A DNA stretch of 63,244 bases, filler included, from Rhabdomonas costata (lineage: Eukaryota): the NCBI GenBank assembly GCA_019059605.1. It is 41 parts of 41 records of this genome, joined end to end, with 100 filler letters (N's around TTAATTAATTAA, not from the genome) between each part and the next. Parts side by side here need not be neighbours in the genome. Positions count along the whole stretch, not along the records: positions 12,368 to 13,812 come from JAHMHO010015752.1; positions 13,913 to 15,358 come from JAHMHO010015753.1; positions 15,459 to 16,897 come from JAHMHO010015754.1; positions 16,998 to 18,439 come from JAHMHO010015755.1; positions 18,540 to 19,985 come from JAHMHO010015756.1; positions 20,086 to 21,531 come from JAHMHO010015757.1; positions 21,632 to 23,077 come from JAHMHO010015758.1; 34 more parts are not named here. One strand, 5' to 3'. Below are positions 12,740 through 22,094 of this stretch, piece after piece. The notes under the pieces are model-generated. The model was not told where the DNA came from. It ran no database searches and worked only from the letters and a program-made list of their open reading frames with translations. The position numbers and the translations under genes were made by a program. The first letter of the stretch is position 1. Each line of letters begins with the position of its first letter.

Positions 12740-13621
12740 CAATAAAGATTTCGTTGGCCGCGTCGTTCATCTTCTCAATGTCCTCCTTCTTGTCCTTAAT
12801 TTCAGCGCCAATCTCGAGGAACCTCTGGTTTAGCCTATACACCCCGACCGATAAAACGAGATTAGAGGAATTTTCGCTGTGAGGCAGCGTCTGAATACCA
12901 TGACTGTGAGTTACAGATAACCGCGCAACAGCGCATTCGACAGGCGACATGAGAACATGATTTTTCACGTCGTAAGCCACCTGGCGAAGTTCGGCTAATA
13001 CTGCGTTTTAAACTTTGCCTTTAGAACTTTTTGTGCGCCCCATTACCTTTGAGGTTCTCGTCACTTGAGGCTCCAATTCTCACCTCGCCAAAAATGAAAC
13101 TGAATCGAAATTGATCTTTTTGCGCGATGAAATGGAATATCATTCAGTAATGAGGCCACAGGAAAGCAGATGCAAATCTACACATCTTTAATTCACTCAT
13201 AAACAGCACATTCACAACGAATTCACTGCAAACCTGCCAAACGTGCAGATCTTCTGCTGGTCCTCCCAAGTCACGTCCGCCTAACCCCAAAAACTCCCAT
13301 AAAATTGCAAAAGCGAAGACCAGCACCAACATAACCTACCCCTCACTGATTTGCGTTTAGTTTGTCTGTTACGGATGGCAGAAACTGCGAGGAGGAGATT
13401 GGATGAAGAAACGCTGAAGGCCGCACCTATACCTGCGCACCTGTCTGCGGTATAACTTGGCGAATGCAAACCCCAGAGGAAAAAGGTAGGTAGGTAGGCT
13501 CGCCTCGCATGCACGCTTGGGTGAGACGAAATAACAACCACCGCAGAAAAGTCATCACAGCAAAGAAGGAGCCGCACACTTCGGTTTCATCCTCCCGCGC
13601 AACAGCGCTCAGGCCCATCAT
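12740..13621 (-). CDS. PFDN4: Prefoldin subunit 4, first three exons
   Basis: Exons 13621-13580 (MMGLSAVAREDETE), 13280-13234 (ADVTWEDQQKICTFGR) and 12834-12740 (LNQRFLEI...EKMNDAANEIFI), joined in phase by GT-AG introns; VTWEDQQKI is the PFDN4 signature. Confidence 0.92.
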
Positions 13622-14398
13622 CTTCGCCCTTTCTCCCGGAAAGGTGAGGGTGCCACCCCCCAGAGGAAACTAGACACCTGCCCTCGTGCTAGGGCAAAAA
13701 AGGCACGCGTGACTGCAGCAAGGAAAGGGAAAAACAAGAAAAAAAATGCAGCAGACGATCGAAGCCTGAGCAAAAAAGACCAACAACAAAAACACCAACC
13801 ACACCCACCACANNNNNNNNNNNNNNNNNNNNNNNNNNNNNNNNNNNNNNNNNNNNTTAATTAATTAANNNNNNNNNNNNNNNNNNNNNNNNNNNNNNNN
13901 NNNNNNNNNNNNGGGGGTGTGTGATGCCGAGGCCTCCCCGGATGCCCGCCGGGCCGCAGCCGGCGGCCGAGGTGTTTATTTGAGCAACTAACTTTATCCT
14001 TCCGATAATGTCGCAAACCGTGCTCTTTTGCCGGATGCTCCAGACCTACTCCAGAGTGGCTTCTTCTGAGTTTTGTAACTAACTTAACTCAGCCTTGGCG
14101 CTGTAGAAACCGAATTGGAACCGTTGAAATGTTCGCAGAGGGTATGGGAAGGGTATGGGAACAGTGGAAGGTGTCTTCCAAGAATTGGCGATGTTTGCTT
14201 GCCCTCCCAAGGAGTGCCTTTTTCGTTTTGTTGGCGATCGAGGCGAGCTGTGGGTGAGGTAACTGCACTGCCAATTCTTGACACTGGCGCTGATGGTTTT
14301 CCCGAGGGGGGTTTGCCACAGGGCTCCCAGAACTTCCCGCCCCGGCGGCCCAGCATGCGTCGCAGTCTGCTCCACAGCTTCCGCAGGCTGCGCAAGCT

Positions 14399-14724
14399 GT
14401 GGCTCGGGGGCCTCCGCAGCCGAGCAGCGCTGCAGTGAGGGACCCACCGCTGCACCTTCTGTCCACGGGCCAACCCCTTCCGCCCCAGCAGCAGCAGCAG
14501 TATCCCCAGCTCCAGCCACAAGGGATTTCTTCGCAGCAAGCCCAGCAAACCGCGGTGTACCCAACCTACCCTCCGCAGCAGCAGGCAGCTCAATCTCAGA
14601 AGACAACCTCTCAACCAGCCAGCCTACCAGCGGCAGCCTTCCAGCAGCAGCAGCAGCAAGCGATGCAGCAGCAGCAGCAGCAACAGCAGGCGATTCAGCA
14701 GGCGATTCAGCAGCAGCTGGCGAT

Positions 14725-14762
<38 letters not shown>

Positions 14763-15358
14763 TGGCGATACAACGGCAGCAGGCGATTCAGCAGGCGATG
14801 CAGCAGCAGCCCCCTCAACCGGCAACCAAGCCGCCGGCTTATTCCTCGCAGAGTGCTGGGTTTCCTTCGGGTCAGGCGGCTCAAGTGCAACAAGTTTCAT
14901 ACCTGCAACAGCAGCCCGCATATTCACTGTCTGCGCAGCCTCTTCCTCCGCACAACTCGCTCCCCTCGCTGCCCGCACTTCCCCCGCCAGAACCCCGACC
15001 AGAACCCCAAGGCTTGGCGCCTTCCAAGCCGCCACAGCAGCCTGTCCAGCAGCAGCAGCAGCAGAAGCACGCTCAGAAGCAGAAGCAAATAGCTGCTTCT
15101 CAAATTCAGGGCCAGGTCTTCAGCGAGTCAGCCCTGTTTATGGAGGAGGAAGCCACGCGCCCAGATCCTGCGAGGCAGGTCGCTGCGCAGTTTACTGAGG
15201 CTCCGACGCAGCCGTTTACTCGCCCAGCTGAGCCTTCTGTTCTCGCAGCAACAGCGACATCCCCTCCCGTGGTCCCTACGGTTGTGCAGCAGCCCAAGGT
15301 TCCAGAGCCAGTTAATCAGCAAACTGTGCCCGCACCATCGCCCCCACCCCCTGCTGTG
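14399..15358 (+). CDS. Gln/Pro-rich low-complexity protein region with polyQ (CAG) tracts, partial
   Basis: Long open frame with (CAG)n runs and QAIQQAIQQ repeats; the true start or acceptor is uncertain. Confidence 0.65.
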
Positions 15359-15590
15359 NNNNNNNNNNNNNNNNNNNNNNNNNNNNNNNNNNNNNNNNNN
15401 NNTTAATTAATTAANNNNNNNNNNNNNNNNNNNNNNNNNNNNNNNNNNNNNNNNNNNNCGTCTCTGGAGAAGGAAAGTCAACAAACACAGTAACAACCAA
15501 ATTCAGGTTGGCAGCGAACCAACAAGCACAAAAATATACGCTACTGCAGCACCAGCTAAACTGCAATGGAGAAAAAAAGAAGAAAAGGAC

Positions 15591-16711
15591 CTGACCCAGG
15601 GAAGGTCCGGCATCACCACAGTCTGCTGCATCCGAGTGAAGCCAAGCCTCTTCAAACTCATCTGAATGTCAATGCCTTTTCCAACTGAACCGCGAAACAA
15701 AACATGCTGTGCTACTGACGAGCAAAAGTTACAGGTCTTTCCCACTTCGCGGATACTTTGTTGTAATACTACTTTGTTGTAATGGCCTTACTATGGAGAA
15801 AAACTGGTGAAGCCGCTCGGGTGACAATATTCAACGAGTCCACTGAAGCGAAGCACAAAATGCGAAACAATGAAAACTGCAAATTAACGCACTCCCTCCA
15901 CCAAAAAAGCACAAGGTTACCAAGTAGACGAGGTCTTGTGACAGTAGGGCAGCAGTTCACAAGTGTGGTGTTCCCCACATACCACGTTGACCAATTGCAC
16001 CTTGCACATCCAGTCAAGGTGAAGGAATTGCTGGCGGGACAGAAAGGTCACACTTGGGTGGGAAATCGACGACCTCGTAGGCGGCAATTTGGCCAAGGTG
16101 TGGTCAAGAATTGACGACTTATCAAAGGGTGTCAAAATCGGAATCGTCAAAGTCTACGGTATCCGGATTCGGATGACACGGTTCATTTTCACAGACTGGT
16201 TGTCATGGTAACCAAACCCTGCCAGGTCACCACAGGCTTAGGTTTCGCTATTGGGGTAAAGAGAACTTTGAGGTCGGGGATGCCGACAAACGCGTTTTAC
16301 GGATTGGGTGGTTTTTCAGGCTCTTGTGTGGGCTTTTAGAAGGAAAGCTCATTGAAAAACGGGCATTCGGCCTCCAAATGGGCTTTAAAAGAGACCTCAG
16401 AAAAAGGAAGCAAGCCTTGAGGGAGGGGTCCTGGGTGGGCTTCCCCATCCCCGGAGTAGGTGCAAATTATAGGGCGATAAGCCGGCCTGGTTTTGTTAAG
16501 GGACCCCTTAGCGCTGCGTCCGGCGCGCAGTGCCACTGCTTGTGCAATATTGTTTTTTTCGGGGCGGGTGCTAGCACGCGTAACAAGGATTCTTTTTTGT
16601 TGATAGACGGTTTAACAGGAAACAAACCCCTATGTATGTCTTGGTCAGGAGTAGTGATGTTCCCTTCACTCCATAGACGTGTAGGCGCAGCATGAGCCAA
16701 TGACTTCCGTG
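15591..16711 (-). CDS. MRPL30: Mitochondrial ribosomal protein uL30m with N-terminal extension, partial and spliced
   Basis: Exon 15706-15591 (HVLFRGSVGKGIDIQMSLKRLGFTRMQQTVVMPDLPWVR) fits the uL30 pattern. Upstream exons 16711-16628, 16218-16178 and 16030-15983 splice in phase with GT-AG ends. Confidence 0.7.
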
Positions 16712-17118
16712 CTGTGGGAGGGACAGAAACAGAACGAAAGGCTGATTTTTTCAGCGATTCTGTCCTGACAAACGGATGTGGGTATGCTGAGGTGGAAGTG
16801 GCTCAAGAAGCAGAAGTACCAGGAAGACACTGGCTGCTTTTGATGAGCTTACTTCATCCTGATGTTGGGGATTGAGGGAGGAGTGAACCCAACAACCNNN
16901 NNNNNNNNNNNNNNNNNNNNNNNNNNNNNNNNNNNNNNNNNTTAATTAATTAANNNNNNNNNNNNNNNNNNNNNNNNNNNNNNNNNNNNNNNNNNNNCGG
17001 AATTTTTCCATCGGATAGCCCACCCCCACAAACCTGGGGCTTGAAGGCCCTACGGAGGCTTGAAACGCCGACTACTTCGCGCAAAAAAAAAGCGCAAAAA
17101 AAGTCTACACACAGACAC

Positions 17119-17253
17119 ACACACGGACATTTTCCCGTTATCTTCGTATCTAAACCCTACACTACACTACGTTTCGTTACGGGAACACACGGACATTTTC
17201 CCGTTTTTCTCGTATCTAAACCCTACACTACACTACTTGTCGTTACGGGAACA
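17119..17253. repeat. Tandem repeat, two 66-bp units, each self-complementary at its ends
   Basis: Units start at 17119 and 17185; each has TTCCCGT...ACGGGAA around TAAACCCTACACTACACTAC. Confidence 0.9.
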
Positions 17254-17368
17254 AATCAAAGACGTCCTTGCCCGTGATGAATCGCCACACTCGTCAGCCG
17301 TCTGCAGTCATCGCGGGTTCCAGCACTCAAGACACACGAGCAATCCCTGTCACGCAAAAGGAACAGAC

Positions 17369-18117
17369 CTGTAGTTCGTGCCCACCTCCAGGGGGCTGCC
17401 GGCAAAGGTCTCGCTGTAAGAAACGTTGATCCCGGGCGAGGTCGTCCGGACGATGGCTGCCTTAGTGCCACCCAAGGAGACCCAGTTCCCGGGAGGCACG
17501 CTCATCCGGGCAAACGGCCACACAATCAGTCCTGCAAAGCCACCCGCAGTGGGCAGTGCTACGGGAGGAGCGCAGAGCGGCAACCCGTAGACAGGAGCAA
17601 AGAAGGCATTGCATCAGTTGAGACTCAGCTGGAGAAGGCCGATCCGATTGTGAGGGTTACCTTACGCACACCCGCACAGCAGTCTTATTCCCACATTATA
17701 TCTACCAGATGCCCCGTCCCTCTTTCCAGCTGCAACCGGAGCCATCTCTTTGACATGAATGCGATCATCAACTGGCAACCCATGGGACCACCAGCTCACT
17801 CAGCTGGAATTAGTCCCCATAAAAGGCATGTGCAGAATTGTTCGGGAGGTATCCTCTCACAAAGGCGAAAAAGGACAACGCAAACTGAACGGGTCGCCCA
17901 TCCGAGTCGCAAAGCGTGCCGTACGGCACCAACAAGTGTTTATTTTTAGAGCAACGTCCGGGCCTCTACGCACATACAGGACCTGAGGCCGGGGGAAAGT
18001 ACATCTGCAGCCTCCCGGCCCTCAGCCGAGTCGTAGTTACGTCGAACGTGACGGTGGCCGTGACCAGCTGGCTGCACTGGACAGGGGGTTGGAAGGTCAC
18101 ACCGAGGTTGACAATCT
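17369..18117 (-). CDS. Uncharacterised, probably beta-rich protein; two internal exons
   Basis: Exons 18117-17983 (IVNLGVTFQPPVQC...QMYFPPAS) and 17558-17369 (ALPTAGGFAGLIVWP...EVGTNYR) are phase-compatible across a GT-AG intron. Confidence 0.6.
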
Positions 18118-18439
18118 CTAAGGATCAGCACACACCCACGACACACAGGCCCACGACCGCAAAGCAGCGCCGCAATAAGCCTTAACTAAAGACAAGGAAA
18201 CAACATAAGGGCATTTGAATATCAGCACGTTCGGCAGTTCAGAGAAGAATATCGTACAGAACAGCACATAACCTCCTGTCGAAATATTGAGTGAGTAACA
18301 ACGCTTCGTTCCACACAGGCGCACAGGGAAACCACCAGCCTTGGTGAGAGGATACCTCCCGAACAATTCTGCACATGCCTTTTATGGGGACTAATTCCAG
18401 CTGAGTGAGCTGGTGGTCCCATGGGTTGCCAGTTGATGA
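17765..18439. repeat. Pair of 96-bp inverted copies flanking an exon
   Basis: 17765-17860 is the exact reverse complement of 18344-18439, which runs to the contig end. Confidence 0.93.
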
Positions 18440-18632
18440 NNNNNNNNNNNNNNNNNNNNNNNNNNNNNNNNNNNNNNNNNNNNTTAATTAATTAANNNNN
18501 NNNNNNNNNNNNNNNNNNNNNNNNNNNNNNNNNNNNNNNGGGTTGTGTGATACGCAGCACGGGCTGCATCCTCTGGCGGTCCCTCTCGGGAGCTGGGGCA
18601 CTTCCGCTCTCCGCTTCCGCTTCGTGGCAAAC

Positions 18633-19699
18633 CTGCTCGAAGTACCTTAGAATCCCGCCGTCCAACTGGAAGACCTCCTTGAATCCCTCATCCAGCATCC
18701 ACGAAGAAGCCTTCTCACACCTGGAAAGGGGGGAGGAGGGAAACAAGAATGAGGATGGCGGAGCTTCCTACTTTTTATAAGGCTTTATACGGGGACGGCC
18801 GAAGCGCTAGTCCTCAGGCAAAAAACAGGGCTTTCGCATTCATTTTTCAACCTCCTTCGTTGGAACTTTCTCTTGCTCGCATTGCAAGACCTTACTGCAT
18901 GCGGCCTTTGCGCTCCTTTTTCGTACAACAGATGAGTCTCTGATTGCTCGGCCTTCATGTGTTCTCAGTGCGCAATTCCACCAGAGCATGTTCGGTGGCA
19001 CACTCCGGAGCATGAGGACTGTAAGAACCTGCAGTGATTTGGCTGAATTACTCGTGATTTCCCTGCCTTTTTATCGTTTTGCAAGCGTTCAAAGAACACA
19101 GGCGGTTCTTGCGTTCCGAAAGACAGAGAGAAAGCCAGGTAGACAAACAGTAATTTCCAGCGAGTGCAGCGGACGACAACCCAGATGGACGCAAAACAAC
19201 ATTCCGCTAATTTAGAAGCAGACTATACGGGTGGGTGTTTTGCTATAGCAAGTGATAGCAATCGTGGGAAAGTTTCACTCTAAATTGAGCGAAAGAAAAG
19301 GAAAATGGGGAAGGCTTCTCTTACCGGACGCCACCGGTGCAGAACATGGCGATCTTCTTGTCCTTGCACTCCGAAAGGTTTTGGTGGACATACTGGGGGA
19401 ACTGGGTGAAAGTAGTAGTGCGCGGATTGATCGCGTTTTTGAAGGTTCCAATAGCAACCTGAAGCACAGAATGGAAACTTTTTGAATTGCCCTTGAAAAA
19501 AGAGGAGAAGAAGCAGGAGGAGGCATTGCAAACACAATGGGTTGCACTAGCCCACCTCCTCCTCGTTTCGGGTGTCAATGAGGATCACATTGGGGTCCGC
19601 AATCAGCTGGTTCCACTCTGCAGGGGGCACATGGACACCGGTCTTGCTGTACGTGGTCGTGGGAATGCCCAGCTTCACGATCTCCTTCTTTATCACCAC
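18633..19699 (-). CDS. trhO: TrhO/YceA-family rhodanese-domain protein (tRNA U34 hydroxylase-like), three internal exons
   Basis: Exons 19699-19556 (KKEIVKLG...[21 protein letters not shown]), 19458-19325 ([12 protein letters not shown]...[12 protein letters not shown]) and 18720-18633 ([26 protein letters not shown]); GT-AG joins rebuild CTGGVRCEK. Confidence 0.93.
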
Positions 19700-20558
19700 C
19701 TTGGGAAAGCCGCACTTTCAGTCAACAAGGAAAACGGAGAGCCCGATGAAGGCAAGACCATGTATATTCTTTCTTCATCATGCAATCTTCTTCCGGATTC
19801 CTTTGTCCTGAAATGCTCAAGGAAACAAGGAACTGAATGGGGGCAGCAAATGACTGTCAATTCCGTTGAATCCACTGAAATGTAAGGAAGCTCACGGTTA
19901 AACCCAAAAGACAGATCAAGATTACAGATCGGGAAACAGCTCAGTGGCACCCACTTAGCTCAGTTGAAAGTAGCTCCCACAAAACNNNNNNNNNNNNNNN
20001 NNNNNNNNNNNNNNNNNNNNNNNNNNNNNTTAATTAATTAANNNNNNNNNNNNNNNNNNNNNNNNNNNNNNNNNNNNNNNNNNNNCGTCCCCCATCGAGT
20101 GACCGACCATTTGCCTCGGTTTGCTTTCTGCTTTCCCTTACAAAAAGGCTGTGCATTGTCGCTGTTTCCGCGTTTCTGCGTTCCCTCTCCTGTGCGTGAT
20201 CTAAAAAAAACCTGGTTCACGAGCACTGGGTGTGACGGCTGTGTGGTTTTGGCGTCCCCCATCGAGTATTGGCTGACCCTAATAATGGAACATTGGAAAA
20301 TGGAAAAAATCGCGCATGTTCCGAAACAACTCTCAGGACATAGTCGTCGTTATGAAGGCAGGAAACCTCATACACACACTATTCACTGGGGGGGGGGGGG
20401 TTATGACCGCAAGCCAAAAGAAAATCTTTTGAAAATGCGTGTGTGGTCTTTTTCAACTGCCACAGACTCAGCTGTGAAATTTCTGTTTCGGTATGTTCCC
20501 CGTGGTGCTCACGATTTCATGAGTTGGTTTTTTGCTGTGGCAATCATCCCCTTTCAAG

Positions 20559-21333
20559 GCCTACTACCTGTCGGCGGTGCAAAACCCATCGTCCAGTGTG
20601 ACCCCTCTCTTTGGCAATGTGTACTTTGGCAATGCCCCCACGGGACCCGCACTGGTCGCCCCAGTGGTTTTTGGCGTGCGCTCCTCGGGAAGCTCCTCGG
20701 TTTCTTTTGTCGCGGTGACGGATGTGCAGCTGCTGGACTTGGACTACTTCCTGAAGGCGGTTTGTTCCACTCGAAAGGATGGGAGCTTTTTTGGACTTGT
20801 TTACAAAGCTAAGGAGAGAGCAACAGATAAATGTCCGGTTGTGATCGACGGGGGCGGGGGGACGCTTGTCCCCGGACTGTTAATCCAAGGAGCCTCGCTC
20901 GCTGGCCCTGTCAGTGAGGAGCTTCTGGTCGGTAGGGCCAGGAGCATGGATGCCCCCAGAACGCGCTAGGTGACCAAAGAAAAGCAATGTGTGCCCAGGA
21001 ATGCTCCTTGCCTAAACCGGTCGCTCTTGCCTTCACCGGGCACAGATCGCGGCGGAGCTTCTGGAGAGCACAGTGATCTTCCTGGTGGAGCAGTCTTCTG
21101 GTGCCTTGCTGGCCTCCTCCGTCCCGGGCCAAACCCTGAACTCGGCCTACGACCCAGTAACTGGTGCGGCCTCCCTCCTGATGGCACACCAGGCCACCAG
21201 CCCGGAGATCCGGAATATCGCCACCGCGGCCATGGACCCCGTATTGGGCTGGAGCCGGTTCGACACCTCGGGCTACATGGCGGACGTGCAGACAGGCGAC
21301 TACTACGCCAGTGTTGGGCTGATAGAGATGCAA
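20559..21333 (+). CDS. Extracellular dCache-like sensor region of a membrane receptor; two exons
   Basis: Exons 20559-20759 (...DVQLLDLDYFLKA) and 21046-21333 (IAAELLESTVIFLVEQSSGALLASS...SVGLIEMQ), phase 0, GT-AG; the DxxLxxLxxFL...FLVExxSGxLLASS pattern is typical of dCache sensors. Confidence 0.65.
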
Positions 21334-21437
21334 GTTTCTGGGGGGACGGGTGGATGGCTGGTGGTGGGAGTTCGTGCGTTGGTTTTGGGTGGTAAAAAAA
21401 ATGCTTTTCAGTGCGATGAGGTGTTCTAAGTGGCTTT

Positions 21438-21526
21438 TTTGTGTCGCGCTTTTAGTCAGAAAAATGAGTTCAGGATTCCACAAGAAATTTCAGACGAAAT
21501 TTTTCTGACTAAAAGCGCGACACAAA
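21438..21526. repeat. Perfect inverted repeat (28-bp arms, 33-nt loop) at a contig end
   Basis: 21438-21465 versus 21499-21526. Confidence 0.93.
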
Positions 21527-21983
21527 CAAACNNNNNNNNNNNNNNNNNNNNNNNNNNNNNNNNNNNNNNNNNNNNTTAATTAATTAANNNNNNNNNNNNN
21601 NNNNNNNNNNNNNNNNNNNNNNNNNNNNNNNGTTTTTGTGTTTCAATCTTTGCCAGTCCCTTTGCCAACTGCGCGCGCAGCCCTATTTTTTTATGTTTCA
21701 TGGTGCTTTCCTCGTGTAATGTGCCGATTTGCCGTTGCACTGTGTTGACTCGTGCTTATGCTGCCGCAGCTTTGTACCCTTCCGACTGTGGCAAGGACGC
21801 ACAAAGATTCACAAGTGATCGGAAAAACTGTGCGTGTGTGTGTGTGGGGGAGAAACTCAGTTACAGAGGAGGAGGAACACGACGAGGGCAAACTGGTCTG
21901 AAGAGTAAGGAAGGAGACGAGAGGTCCTTCCTTTTTTCCTGCCTAGATCGGCGTTCTCTTTCCGCTGTCCAACTCACTCACAG

Positions 21984-22094
21984 CAAACCCGACCTGCAGC
22001 AGCTCCAACTACGTGTGCACCGTTGGCTACACCGCAAAGGACGGGGATCCAGAATGCACCTCAGGCTCCTGTGGCCCTACGGATTGTTGTCTCG
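21984..22094 (+). CDS. Cys-rich extracellular repeat exon
   Basis: AG/GT-bounded phase 1-1 exon NPTCSSSNYVCTVGYTAKDGDPECTSGSCGPTDCCL (6 Cys, ending in CC). Confidence 0.7.

Noticed and set aside
14079-15198. Long poly-Ala and poly-Leu ORFs overlapping the polyQ ORF
   Set aside because: Alternative-frame shadows of CAG repeats, which lack stops in several frames.
17560-17620. Apparent euglenid non-conventional intron end (CTG at -8..-6)
   Set aside because: A canonical TAG acceptor at 17559-17560 gives the right phase and no complementary 5' end was found; I could not support any non-conventional intron in the window.
19700-19725. Possible 16-20 nt micro-intron or hairpin upstream of the trhO exon
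   Set aside because: An ordinary pyrimidine tract plus AAG acceptor explains it; the upstream frame of the 16-nt model has a stop.
19950-19985. TAGCTCAGTTG tRNA A-box-like string
   Set aside because: No cloverleaf or T-loop follows, and it is truncated at the contig end; no tRNA, rRNA or spliced-leader gene was recognised anywhere in the window.
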